Below, in pieces: positions 1 to 9,960 of a DNA stretch of 64,000 nucleotides. Source of the DNA: Candidatus Parcubacteria bacterium (GTDB lineage: Bacteria; Patescibacteriota; Minisyncoccia; UBA6257; HR35). The notes beneath the pieces are model-generated. The model was not told where the DNA came from and did no database searches. It worked only from the letters and a program-made list of their open reading frames with translations. Numbering within the stretch: position 1 is the first letter of the stretch; each line of letters begins with the position of its first letter. A program made the position numbers and the translations under genes. The DNA lies in contig BPJG01000001.1 in NCBI GenBank assembly GCA_026004495.1, forward strand, positions 144,582 through 208,581, in the 5' to 3' direction.

Positions 1-1017
1 GGATATAAGGCTAAAAAAAATAAAGAAGATATTATTCGTTTAATTAGCCAAGATAAAATTAAAATTTTAATTGGTACTCATTCATTATTAGAGGTAGATT
101 ATCAATATAAAAATATAGGCTTAATAATAATAGATGAGCAACAAAGATTTGGTATCGAACAAAGAAAAAAAATAATTAAAAAATCAGAACAAGAATTTAT
201 GCCTCATTTTTTATCTATGACCGCAACACCAATTCCTCGAACTTTATATTTATCCTTTTATAGTGATTTATCTTTATCAACCCTAAAAGAAAAACCATTC
301 AACCAAAAAGAAATTATTACCAAAATAATCAAAACAGAAGAAATTGATAGCGTTTGGAATTTCGTTGAAAAAGAAATTAATCATAATCATCAAGTTTTTA
401 TTATTTGCCCAAGAGTTGAATTTGATGAAAAATTAGAAATTAAAAGTGTAAAACAGGAATACGAAAAAATTAAAAAAATATTTCCCGAAGTAGAAATATC
501 TATGCTTCACGGAAAAATGAAATCAAATGAAAAAGAATTAATTCTTAAAAAACTTCAAAATAATGAAATAAAAATTTTAGTATCTTCTTCAGTTGTCGAA
601 GTTGGAATTGATTTGCCTCTATTGACAACAATAATTATTTTAGGAGCAGAAAGATTTGGATTATCTCAACTTCATCAGTTAAGAGGCAGAGTTGGTAGAT
701 CAATTCATCAAGGTTTTTGTTTTTTAATTCCTCAAAATTATTCACCCTTAGCTTACAAAAGATTAAAAATTTTAGAAGAATCACAGGATGCTTTTTATAT
801 TGCTGAAAAAGATTTAGAAATTAGAGGCCCAGGCGAGCTTTTAGGTAATAAACAGGCGGGATTTCCTGATTTAGCTATGAAATCTTTAGAAAAAATTGAA
901 TTAGTTTATTTAGCCAAAGAAATTGCTGAAGATTTAATTTCTCAAAATTATCTTTTAAAGGGCTATCCATTATTAAGAAACGAAATACAAAAACGAGGTA
1001 AGATTATTTTTGGTTAA
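1..1017 (+). CDS. recG: ATP-dependent DNA helicase RecG, C-terminal part (5' end lies outside the window)
   Basis: Frame 1 is open from nt 1. Helicase motifs are present (TATPIPRTL; the C-terminal motif VGIDLP...QLRGRVGR). The ORF track gives 199..1017, and the frame continues upstream to the window edge. Confidence 0.8.
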   Translation, partial: GYKAKKNKEDIIRLISQDKIKILIGTHSLLEVDYQYKNIGLIIIDEQQRFGIEQRKKIIKKSEQEFMPHFLSMTATPIPRTLYLSFYSDLSLSTLKEKPFNQKEIITKIIKTEEIDSVWNFVEKEINHNHQVFIICPRVEFDEKLEIKSVKQEYEKIKKIFPEVEISMLHGKMKSNEKELILKKLQNNEIKILVSSSVVEVGIDLPLLTTIIILGAERFGLSQLHQLRGRVGRSIHQGFCFLIPQNYSPLAYKRLKILEESQDAFYIAEKDLEIRGPGELLGNKQAGFPDLAMKSLEKIELVYLAKEIAEDLISQNYLLKGYPLLRNEIQKRGKIIFG

Positions 1018-1043
1018 TCAATTTTTAATTTATAATAAAAATA

Positions 1044-1676
1044 ATGTTTTTTAAAAAGAAAGAGGAATTAATAAATTATCTAATTAGAAATAATATTTTA
1101 AAAACAGAGAATATTATAAATGCTTTTTTAAAGATTGATCGTAAAGATTTTGTTAGGCCAGAAAATTTATTTGAAGCCTATGCAGATTATCCTTTACCTA
1201 TAGGAAATGGCCAAACTATTTCTCAACCTTGGACAGTTGCTTTTATGTTGGAATTACTTCAACCCCAAGAAGGAATTAAAATCTTAGATGTAGGCTTTGG
1301 TTCGGGTTGGACTACAGCTTTATTAGCTCAAATAGTTAGTGATAAAGGCAAGGTTTATGGCATCGAAATATTTCCCGAAATATTTGAATTTGGTAAAAAT
1401 AATATAGAAAAATATAACTTTTTTAAAAAAAACATAGTTAAATTAAAATTAGGTGATGGCTCAAAGGGTTGGAAAGAATATTCACCATTTGATAGAATTT
1501 TGGTTAATGCTTCAACTGATGAAATTCCGTCTAACCTAATTGAACAATTAAATACCAATGGGATTATGATAATTCCTGATAAAGAAGGTATTAATCAAAT
1601 TTTTAAAGATAATGATGGAAATATAGAAAAAAGATACTATTATGGCTTTAAATTTGTTCCTCTTCTGTCTCAGTAA
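1044..1676 (+). CDS. pcm: protein-L-isoaspartate O-methyltransferase
   Basis: SAM-methyltransferase motif ILDVGFGSGW and the PIMT-typical GQTISQP. Confidence 0.8.
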   Translation: MFFKKKEELINYLIRNNILKTENIINAFLKIDRKDFVRPENLFEAYADYPLPIGNGQTISQPWTVAFMLELLQPQEGIKILDVGFGSGWTTALLAQIVSDKGKVYGIEIFPEIFEFGKNNIEKYNFFKKNIVKLKLGDGSKGWKEYSPFDRILVNASTDEIPSNLIEQLNTNGIMIIPDKEGINQIFKDNDGNIEKRYYYGFKFVPLLSQ

Positions 1677-2151
1677 TATTTTTAATTTTTTTTCTTAATA
1701 ATTTAATTCGGCTCCTAATTTTTTTCTCTTTAATTCTCTTTTCTTCTGCCTCATATGGTTCTTGCATTAATTGAAATTTAGGTGGAGGGAAAAGTTCGTT
1801 TAAAAAATTGTAAATTTTTGCCAACAATCTTTCTGTGGCTAATTTTTTATTTTCAAATTGACTTCTTGAATCTTCAGCAATAGTAATTAAATATTTTTCT
1901 TTTTCTTTTAATAATAATTTTTGATTAGTATTCAGCTCAATGTCAAAATTTTTAAACAAAATATTTTCTAATTCTTTTAATTTAAATTTAGCTCTAATTT
2001 TATTATATTTTCTCTGCATATGTTGTCCTCCTGGTTTAGATGCAGTAGTAAAGTCGTATTGAATAAAATTTTTAACATATCTATCTAATAACCTTTTATT
2101 AATAATTTTTTTTACTTTTTTAAATAATTCTTGATAATCTATGTCTAACAT
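1648..2151 (-). CDS. hypothetical protein (K/E-rich, 167 aa)
   Basis: The ORF fills the gap between pcm and the next gene. No motif recognised. Confidence 0.4.
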   Translation of the reverse strand: MLDIDYQELFKKVKKIINKRLLDRYVKNFIQYDFTTASKPGGQHMQRKYNKIRAKFKLKELENILFKNFDIELNTNQKLLLKEKEKYLITIAEDSRSQFENKKLATERLLAKIYNFLNELFPPPKFQLMQEPYEAEEKRIKEKKIRSRIKLLRKKIKNITETEEEQI

Positions 2152-2181
2152 CTTTTATCTATTTAATTTTTCTAATTATAT

Positions 2182-4284
2182 TTATAAAAAAGGATAATAA
2201 AGTATTATACCATTTCGTGGAGGTATTAGCAAATCAATAGTTTCATTTAAAAAATCATATATATTTCCTAATTGATCTTTATAAATAATAAACGGCTCAG
2301 TAGTTGAAGATAAAATATAATTAAAATTTAAATTATCTGAAGTATTTAAAAGAACCAAACCTTTTTTATATCTTCTTCTATACAAAGCACCCTGATTGAA
2401 ATTAGAACTTGAGGCTACAATAATTTGATTAATATTATTTACTTCTTCTGGATTCCCTAAGTCAAGATATAAAGCTGGAATTTGACAAAATAATTCATTG
2501 CTACTTATATTTATACTACTTCCTGGTTGGATATCATTTAATGGCATTTCAAAAGAAATATAAACCCCATTATTATTTACTAAATAAAATGAAGAAATTA
2601 GATAATTTGTAATAGAGTTTGTTGTAGTACACCAACTTCTATTAGTATAAGACATTAATAATGAATACTTATTATTAAAATTTTCAATTACGGATTGAAT
2701 TTCATAATGAGTTTGGGTTGGTGATTTAAAAATTAAATTCCTATTTATTAAAAAGCCTTCATTCATAAATCCATCTAAGAATTTATCAATACCAATATGT
2801 ATTGATGAAGAAGTAAAATAAGCTCTATAACCGAAATTGGTAAATACCTTTTTTCCAGTAAACTTTAATTTTTCCACTATTTCTTTGTAAATATTTATTA
2901 TAGAAAAATATTTTGCCTCTTGAAATGAATTATTATAAGCATGTCTATAAGAATTACTCTCACTATAATTTATATTCGGAGAATCTAACCTAAATCCCCA
3001 AAAATAATTATTATTTTTTTCCTTTATGTAATGCTTAAAAATATATTTATTATAAAATTCGGCATATTTATAATTTTTCATACTAACAACCTTGTTATTT
3101 TCATAAAATCCATTTAAGACTCTATAATAACTAGTAACCACTTTAAGAGTATCTGAATTAAAATTACTTAATAGATAAATTTCTGGATAACCACTATTAG
3201 GGGTTAATTTAAACATTCTTTCTCCATTCCACCAACTTGTTGTTGAAATATCGTTTATTATTTGATTAGTATCATCTAAATTTATCAAGGAGCTAACTTC
3301 TATATCATTTCGTTTAAACCTAAAAGAACCTACTTCTGATTCTCTGAATTTAATTTGGGCTGGATATAAATAGTCTATAAGCTTAAAATTTTTATTATGA
3401 TAAAAAACCTTAAGCCCAACTTCTTTTAACCCAGAATCTATCATCTCAAAATTAGTATAATAATTTATCCAATCATGAGTATAAGGAAGAGCACTGTGGA
3501 AAACTTCTAGAAATTTCAATGAACTAAAATTATTTCGTTGAGGTAAAGTGAGACATTGCCAACTATTTGTTTGCGAATTAAATCTTTCAACTTCAACTTT
3601 AATATTATCTATCCAAAATATTGCTTGAGAAGAGGTATTACTATCAGGAAATTTGGCATAGATTTCAAAATAAAAAGGATAAATACCTTCGTACGCTATA
3701 TTATCTATGACAGTTGTTGAAAACACAAAATTAGTCCAATTCACAATAGATGTTGAGGTAGATAAAATATTAGAAGAAAACTCATTATTATCTCTATTAT
3801 CTTTCATTATTGATCTAATTCTAAAAAAAAGATTATTACTAAAATTATTAGTTTTTAAATCAAAACTAATTTTAAGCCTATCGCCACTTTTAGGATAATA
3901 ATTACGAAATTCAGAAATTATACCATTAGCTTCTAATGTTGGTAAAACAGATCTTCTATAAAATCTAAATGAAAAAATTCTCAAATCCCTATTAGTGGTA
4001 GTGTCTAAAATACCATTTCTCTCAATTGTTATTTTCAACGATCCTATACCATTTGTTTTATTAGTATAATCTACATCGTAATTTATTTTAAGATTATTCG
4101 AATTATATAATGAAGTTGATAAATTCAATATATTACCTAAATTATCTTTAAATTCTAAATCTCCAATTCCAGCTAGATAATTAATGCAATTATTAGCATA
4201 AATAGAAATATATGGTAATAATAAGAAAATAGGGGTTAAAATAGAGTAAATGAAATTTTTATAATATTTATAATAACTAGTCAT
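2182..4284 (-). CDS. large N-anchored secreted protein (N/Y-rich), paralog of the gene at 62190..>64000
   Basis: N-terminal hydrophobic anchor. Full-length similarity to the minus-strand ORF at the end of the window (KSGDRLKISFDLK vs KSGDQLKIKLNYRFD; LDLGNPEEVNNINQIIVA vs FINLGNPLNVNNINQMIIA; both end NGIILY/SGIILY). Function unknown; possibly a glycan-acting TIM-barrel-like enzyme, but this is not supported by any motif. Confidence 0.55.
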   Translation of the reverse strand: MTSYYKYYKNFIYSILTPIFLLLPYISIYANNCINYLAGIGDLEFKDNLGNILNLSTSLYNSNNLKINYDVDYTNKTNGIGSLKITIERNGILDTTTNRDLRIFSFRFYRRSVLPTLEANGIISEFRNYYPKSGDRLKISFDLKTNNFSNNLFFRIRSIMKDNRDNNEFSSNILSTSTSIVNWTNFVFSTTVIDNIAYEGIYPFYFEIYAKFPDSNTSSQAIFWIDNIKVEVERFNSQTNSWQCLTLPQRNNFSSLKFLEVFHSALPYTHDWINYYTNFEMIDSGLKEVGLKVFYHNKNFKLIDYLYPAQIKFRESEVGSFRFKRNDIEVSSLINLDDTNQIINDISTTSWWNGERMFKLTPNSGYPEIYLLSNFNSDTLKVVTSYYRVLNGFYENNKVVSMKNYKYAEFYNKYIFKHYIKEKNNNYFWGFRLDSPNINYSESNSYRHAYNNSFQEAKYFSIINIYKEIVEKLKFTGKKVFTNFGYRAYFTSSSIHIGIDKFLDGFMNEGFLINRNLIFKSPTQTHYEIQSVIENFNNKYSLLMSYTNRSWCTTTNSITNYLISSFYLVNNNGVYISFEMPLNDIQPGSSINISSNELFCQIPALYLDLGNPEEVNNINQIIVASSSNFNQGALYRRRYKKGLVLLNTSDNLNFNYILSSTTEPFIIYKDQLGNIYDFLNETIDLLIPPRNGIILYYPFL

Positions 4285-4330
4285 TATTTATTAATATTAA
4301 AAATTTATTATAATATTAGAATTATATAAT

Positions 4331-4642
4331 ATGAAAAAATTTAATATTATGTTAAACAAGCAACATTTAAAATATTTAATAGAGTTAGCAAAAATAAATA
4401 TAGACGACAAAGAATTAGACAAGCTTTTGATTGATTTAAATAATATTTTAAATTTTATTGATGAAATAAAAAAATTAAATCTAAATAATTTCCAACCGCT
4501 TGTTGGGGGAGTAATTCAAAAATTAGAATTAAGAGAAGATGAAATACATCAAATGGATGAAAGTACAAAAGAAAAAATAATTGAACAATTTCCCCAAAAA
4601 GAAAATAATTATTTAAAAGTACCTAAAATAATATTAAAATAA
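4331..4642 (+). CDS. gatC: Asp/Glu-tRNA amidotransferase subunit C-like
   Basis: Size of about 100 aa and a GatC-like pattern (LAKINIDDKELDKL...LREDEI...KVPKII). Confidence 0.55.
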   Translation: MKKFNIMLNKQHLKYLIELAKINIDDKELDKLLIDLNNILNFIDEIKKLNLNNFQPLVGGVIQKLELREDEIHQMDESTKEKIIEQFPQKENNYLKVPKIILK

Positions 4643-4646
4643 AAAA

Positions 4647-5549
4647 TTAAATCTTTAAATATTTTGACATAGCTACAATAGAAGCGAAAATATTCATAAA
4701 TATTATAAAAACAATTATTAAGCCATTAATTATAAAAAAATTGTTAAAGAAAAAAAACTCTGGATTTAAAACAATAAGAATTTGTTTCCAAAAATCTCTT
4801 GTCATTATCAAAAAGAAAATAAATATTCCGTTAGCAATTAAATATCCCAAAAATGAAGTAATTAAATTAAAAATAATAAAGGGAATTCTAATGAAGTAAT
4901 TAGGTGTCCCTATTAAACGAAATACTTCTATTTCTTCTCGTTGAGAATATACAGTTAAAAGAGTCAAGTTTAAAATTAAGAAAAAAACAAAAACTAAAAT
5001 TAAAATTAAGAAAATAAAAATAATAAAATTAATTTGTTTTGATACCTTAATAAATCTTTCAATAATATTTTTATTTTCCGAATAAGTTAAAAAATCTATA
5101 GTTGCACGATAAGGGGAATTTTCTAAATATTTTGATATCTCATCATAAACTTCAGGTTTTTTAGCTTTTACGACTAAGTAATCTACCAGCGGATTAACAT
5201 TTAATTCTATCAAAGATTTAATAATAATAGGATTAGAAATATATTTTTTTTGAAAATCTTCAAATGCTGACTCTTTACTAACAAAAATAACTTCACTAAC
5301 ACCATTAAAGTTTTCTAAAATATTTTTCAATTTATTTATATCCTCTCTGTCAGTTCCTTCTCGAAAATAAATAGAAAAATCTAATTTTGTTTTCAAGAAA
5401 TTTATTATTTCATTAGAAAAATAAAATAAAGTAATATTTATAAAAAAAAGAAGCGAAGTTAAAAAAGAAACAAAAATAAGGACAAAAGTTATTATTTTCT
5501 TTCTCTTAAACAATTCCCAGCCCTCTTTTATTAATCTCGCAAAAATCAT
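4647..5549 (-). CDS. ftsX: cell division permease FtsX
   Basis: Topology of TM, extracellular domain, then 3 TM. Lies immediately downstream of ftsE. Confidence 0.7.
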   Translation of the reverse strand: MIFARLIKEGWELFKRKKIITFVLIFVSFLTSLLFFINITLFYFSNEIINFLKTKLDFSIYFREGTDREDINKLKNILENFNGVSEVIFVSKESAFEDFQKKYISNPIIIKSLIELNVNPLVDYLVVKAKKPEVYDEISKYLENSPYRATIDFLTYSENKNIIERFIKVSKQINFIIFIFLILILVFVFFLILNLTLLTVYSQREEIEVFRLIGTPNYFIRIPFIIFNLITSFLGYLIANGIFIFFLIMTRDFWKQILIVLNPEFFFFNNFFIINGLIIVFIIFMNIFASIVAMSKYLKI

Positions 5550-6233
5550 TTAAATTAAAGTATATTTTCCTGGATTTTCATCTTTAACTATTCGACCTTG
5601 ATGAAGAGTTATTACTCTTTTATTTAAATAATTAACAATATCCCTATTATGAGTAGTTAAAATTACAGTTATTCCTTGATTATTAATAATTTTTAATATC
5701 TCAATAATTTCAAATGAAGAAATAGGATCAAGGTTACCAGTTGGTTCATCTGCTAATAAGATCTCGGGATTAGTAGATAATGCCCTAGCTATACATAATT
5801 TTTGCTTTTCTCCTCCAGATAAAAATTTAGCTAAAATTTCTCTGTGATTCCATAAATCCATATTTATTAATACTTCTTCTACTTTCTTTTTTATTTCCTT
5901 ACTGTTGAATTTCATTATTTCCAAAGGTAGTTTTATATTATCATAAACTGTTCTTTCAAGTAATAATTTAAAATCTTGAAAAACAATGGCAATTTTTCTT
6001 CTTAACCTTAATATTTCATTTCTTCTAACTTTAGAATAATCTAAATTTTTATAAAATATATGACCTTCGGAAACATTTTCTTCTTTTCTAATCAATTTCA
6101 AAATAGTAGTTTTACCAGCCCCAGATCTACCAACAAGAATAACAAATTCTCCTGTTTTAATTTCAAAACTTATCTTATCTAAAGCTTTAATTTTTTCATA
6201 ATAAATTTTGCTTACGCTTTTAAAAACTAACAT
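5550..6233 (-). CDS. ftsE: cell division ATP-binding protein FtsE
   Basis: Walker A GRSGAGKTT, ABC signature LSGGEKQ, Walker B LLADEPTGNLD. Confidence 0.85.
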   Translation of the reverse strand: MLVFKSVSKIYYEKIKALDKISFEIKTGEFVILVGRSGAGKTTILKLIRKEENVSEGHIFYKNLDYSKVRRNEILRLRRKIAIVFQDFKLLLERTVYDNIKLPLEIMKFNSKEIKKKVEEVLINMDLWNHREILAKFLSGGEKQKLCIARALSTNPEILLADEPTGNLDPISSFEIIEILKIINNQGITVILTTHNRDIVNYLNKRVITLHQGRIVKDENPGKYTLI

Positions 6234-6245
6234 TATAATTTTTTA

Positions 6246-7260
6246 TTAAAATATAGCACCTAAGGGATGAATTAATAATAAATTTCCATCTAAAATTTCA
6301 TCAACCTTATTTGATTCATAATTAAATTGATGATCTTTAACCAACTTATAAGGATCAAGAATATAACTTCTTTTTTGATTTCCCCAAGCAATTTCTATTT
6401 TTTTTCCCTTCAATTCTTCAATCTTTTTTAATTTTTTTTGATTCATAAAATTAATTATCTTAGATTTTAATATTTTTAAGGCAATTTCCTTATTCCTTTG
6501 TTGACTTCTTTCGCTTTGACAATTAACAATTAGATTTAATGGCTTGTATATAACCCTTACTCCTGTTTCTACTTTATTTACATTTTGACCACCCTTACCT
6601 CCAGATCTAAATGTTTCAATCTTTAAATCTTCATCTTTAATATCAAATTTAGGATCATCAATAACGGGCAAAATTTCTACATAACAAAAACTAGTATGCC
6701 TTAATTTTTTAGCTGAAAAAGGAGATATCCTGACTAAGCGATGAACTCCTTTTTCATATTTTAATAAATTGTAAACATTAGGTTTGTTTACTTTAATTTC
6801 AATATATTTTATACCCCCATATTCATTTATCTGTTCATCAATAATTGAAAAATTCCATTTAATTTTATTAAAAAACTTAGAATACATATTAAACAACATT
6901 TGGTTCCAATCTTCAGCATCTTTGCCGCCTACCCCAGAATAAATACTAATTATAACAAAATTATTATTAAATTCATCATTGACACAATAATTAAAATAAA
7001 TATCTCTTAATATATTTTTTGCTTCATTAAACTTTTCTTGATTTAACAATTCATACATTAAATTCAGCTTATTTTTTAATTCTTTTAATTTCTCCAATTT
7101 TTCTAATAATTCGAAATTCCTATCATTATCCCAAAAATTAGATTTTTTAATATTTTCTTCAATAATTTCAATATCTTTTATTTGGTCAAAAACAGCCCTC
7201 CAAAAATTGGAGGGTTCGTAACCAAATTTCGTCTTTAATTTTTAAATTATTGAAATGCAT
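6246..7260 (-). CDS. prfB: peptide chain release factor 2 with programmed +1 frameshift
   Basis: GGQ motif (SGGKGGQNVN) and RF2 core. The N-terminal 24 codons (MHFNNLKIKDEIWLRTLQFLEGCF) end at an in-frame TGA (7188..7186) within TTT TGA C, preceded by the SD-like GGAGGG. The +1 frame continues into the main ORF, which is the canonical prfB autoregulatory site. Confidence 0.8.
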
Positions 7261-7292
7261 TATAGAAAATTTTATCATAAAATTATAATTTA

Positions 7293-8504
7293 ATGATCAA
7301 TCGTTCATTTACATTAGTTGAATTTTTATTGAGTTTTGGAATTATCGTTTTGATAATTGGTATAATTTTAATTCAATTTAAACCAATTAATTATTTCCAG
7401 GATATTCGTGATACCAAGCGAATAAACGATTTAAGTAATTTAGAAATGATACTAAATTATTTATCGTTAGAAGATTCTAATTTAGAATCTGGAATTTCAA
7501 CAACGACTATTTATATATCTCTTCCTGATATCTCTTCAACTTGTTCATCTTGGATATCTCAATTACCATCTCTTCCATCATTATGGCAATATCATTGTTC
7601 CGCTAATCCTACTTTAGTTAATGGGCAAGGTTGGCTTCCTATAGATTTTACCACTTCAACTAGGTCTAAATTAGTAAAAATTGAAAATCTTCCCATTGAC
7701 CCAATCAATAAACCTCCATATTACTATTCATTTGTTGTTGGAGGAAGTTATGAGTTAACAGCAAAATTAGAAATAAGAAAAGCTAAAAATGATGGAGGAG
7801 TTTCTGATAATTATATAGAATTAGGAACAGATAAAAAATTATCTCTTCAGGTTCCTCAAATAATTGTCAGGCAAAAACCAAATGATTTATATGTATTTTT
7901 AACAGACGGTCTTATGGGTTACTGGCCCTTTGATGAAATAAGTGGAAATATTGCTAAAGATTATTCAGGAAATGTAAATAATGCGATAATTTTTAATGAT
8001 CCTCAATTGGTTGATGGTAAGGTAGGTAAAGCTTTAAGTTTTGATGGAGTTAATGATTATCTACAAATACCATCTAGCTCAAGCTTAAATCTCCCTGGCA
8101 ATAAAGAATCTATTTTTTTATGGATAAAACATAATAGTAATTATATTTTAGGACAATCATATAGATGGAATAGAAGATTATTTTCTACCAATTGGACTTT
8201 TTATGATTCAAATAACAGTATTTACTACGTTCGTAATGGTAACCCCAATGATAATCTTTATCATTTGGTCGGGTACACTGTTTTAGATACCATTGTTAAA
8301 ACATATAAAGATGGAAAATTTGTTACCTCAACTACTCGCAGTGTAAATGCCATAGGCCCTGCTTCTTCTTATTGGTGGTTAGGTCGAGTATGTTCAGGTA
8401 GTTCGTGTAATTTATATTATTCTGGCATAATAGATGAAGTCCGAATCTATAATCGTGCTTTATCAGATCAAGAAATTAAAGCATTATATGAAGCAACAAA
8501 ATAA
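7293..8504 (+). CDS. type IV pilin-like (pseudopilin) protein with LamG/concanavalin-A-like lectin domain
   Basis: N-terminal class III-like signal NRSFTLVEFLLSFGIIVLI, with E at +5 and Ser rather than Gly at -1. The C-terminal part has a Laminin_G_3-like pattern (WPFDE..G...D.SGN...LVDGKVGKALSFDG.NDYL...DEVRIYNRALSDQEI). Confidence 0.65.
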   Translation: MINRSFTLVEFLLSFGIIVLIIGIILIQFKPINYFQDIRDTKRINDLSNLEMILNYLSLEDSNLESGISTTTIYISLPDISSTCSSWISQLPSLPSLWQYHCSANPTLVNGQGWLPIDFTTSTRSKLVKIENLPIDPINKPPYYYSFVVGGSYELTAKLEIRKAKNDGGVSDNYIELGTDKKLSLQVPQIIVRQKPNDLYVFLTDGLMGYWPFDEISGNIAKDYSGNVNNAIIFNDPQLVDGKVGKALSFDGVNDYLQIPSSSSLNLPGNKESIFLWIKHNSNYILGQSYRWNRRLFSTNWTFYDSNNSIYYVRNGNPNDNLYHLVGYTVLDTIVKTYKDGKFVTSTTRSVNAIGPASSYWWLGRVCSGSSCNLYYSGIIDEVRIYNRALSDQEIKALYEATK

Positions 8505-8543
8505 TTATTACTGATAATAATATGTTATAATAGCTAATAATAA

Positions 8544-8618
8544 GGGGGAGTAGCTCCTAATTGGTAGAGCGGCGGTCTCCAAAACCGCAGGTTGTAGGTT
8601 CGAATCCTACCTCCCCCG
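8544..8618 (+). tRNA. tRNA-Trp (anticodon CCA)
   Basis: Cloverleaf by eye: acceptor GGGGGAG/CTCCCCC, anticodon loop CTCCAAA, T-loop TTCGAAT. No encoded CCA. Confidence 0.8.
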
Positions 8619-8679
8619 AAAATTGATATTTAAAAAAATATTTTTTTAATTTTTAATATTTAAAATTAGGTCAAATTAA

Positions 8680-8763
8680 GTCCGGGTGGCGAAATTGGAA
8701 GACGCGCTACCTTGAGGGGGTAGTGGGAGTAATCCCGTGTGGGTTCAAATCCCACCCCGGACA
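8680..8763 (+). tRNA. tRNA-Leu (anticodon GAG), long variable arm
   Basis: Acceptor GTCCGGG/CCCGGAC, anticodon stem CTACC/GGTAG with loop TTGAGGG, long variable arm, T-loop TTCAAAT. Confidence 0.75.
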
Positions 8764-8803
8764 AATAAATATTAATAGAAAAATTATATAAAAAATAAAT
8801 ATA

Positions 8804-8876
8804 AGCCCCCAACAGGACTCGAACCTGTAACCTTGTGGTCCGAAGCCACACGCTCTTCCAATTGAGCTATGGGGGC
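8804..8876 (-). tRNA. tRNA-Arg (anticodon TCG)
   Basis: The reverse complement folds as acceptor GCCCCCA/TGGGGGC, anticodon loop CTTCGGA, T-loop TTCGAGT. Confidence 0.7.
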
Positions 8877-8918
8877 TATTACTATTACTAGCTTTACTAA
8901 AATTTATTAAATCTAAAT

Positions 8919-8991
8919 TGGGCGGGAGAGGATTCGAACCTCTGGCCTTCTCGACGTCAACGAGACGCTCTACCAACTGAGCTACCCGCCC
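8919..8991 (-). tRNA. tRNA-Val (anticodon GAC)
   Basis: The reverse complement folds as acceptor GGGCGGG/CCCGCCC, anticodon loop TTGACGT, T-loop TTCGAAT. Confidence 0.75.
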
Positions 8992-9003
8992 TTATATAAT
9001 TAA

Positions 9004-9828
9004 TTATATCACTATTTTTTCTGCTTCTAATAATTTAAAAAAATTTTCAAATAGCTTAGCAACTAAAATTGGGCCAGTACCACCAGGAGTTGAAGTAATT
9101 AAACTTGCTTTATCTTTCAATTTTTCAAAATCAATATCACCATAAATTTTTCCATTTTCAAAACTATAACCAAAATCAATTAAAATTGCTCCCTTTTGAC
9201 AATCTTTAATTAATTTTGCCTTACCAGCGCCACTAATAATAATATCAGTATTTTTAAAATAATCTTCAATTTTTGTTTGGCTTTGAGCAATAATTACTGT
9301 TGAATTTAAATTAGCAAAATAATGAACTAATGGTTTACCGACAAGACGACCATAGCCAACAATTAAAACATTTTTACCTTTAAATTCCAAATTAAATTTT
9401 TCTCTTAAAAAATCAACAACTTCAACTGCTGTTGGACGAATAATATGGCTATCAGTATAAAATTTTCCTAACATCCTTGAAGATAAACAATCAATATCTT
9501 TTTTAGCTGGAATAGAATTTAATAAATATTGAGTTGGAAATCTTTCAGGAATTGGTAATTGAAAGATTGCACCTTTAATTGTTTTATGCTTTAAAATTTG
9601 AGAAATATATTTTCTTATTTTTCTTTTAGGCAAACCTTCATCAATTTCATAAATTCTAAATTCAATATTTAATTCTTGAGCAAATTTTTGTTTAATTTTT
9701 AAAAAACTTAGTTTTTCTTCTTCTTTGCCAATCAAAAAGGCAGCAATTTTTAATTTATCATAATTTTTTCTTCTTTCTTTTAAGTTTTCCAAAATTTCTT
9801 GTGATAATTTTTTACCATTAATAATCAT
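9004..9828 (-). CDS. folD: bifunctional methylenetetrahydrofolate dehydrogenase/cyclohydrolase
   Basis: FolD-typical N-terminus (IINGKKLSQEI) and Rossmann segment VLIVGYGRLVGKPL. Confidence 0.85.
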   Translation of the reverse strand: MIINGKKLSQEILENLKERRKNYDKLKIAAFLIGKEEEKLSFLKIKQKFAQELNIEFRIYEIDEGLPKRKIRKYISQILKHKTIKGAIFQLPIPERFPTQYLLNSIPAKKDIDCLSSRMLGKFYTDSHIIRPTAVEVVDFLREKFNLEFKGKNVLIVGYGRLVGKPLVHYFANLNSTVIIAQSQTKIEDYFKNTDIIISGAGKAKLIKDCQKGAILIDFGYSFENGKIYGDIDFEKLKDKASLITSTPGGTGPILVAKLFENFFKLLEAEKIVI

Positions 9829-9960
9829 TTATTTTATAAAAGCAGAACTATTTAAAAATTTTTTTTAAATTTTTTTCTATGGCTGTTTGCAGTAATAAAA
9901 TTTTATACTGCTATCCGAAATGTAATTTTATAATTATATTTTAATTTATAATTAAAATTA

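Noticed and set aside
8666-8976. ORFs 8666..8851 and 8707..8976 (minus strand)
   Set aside because: They lie entirely over four tRNA genes. Composition is GC-rich because of the tRNAs. Not protein-coding.
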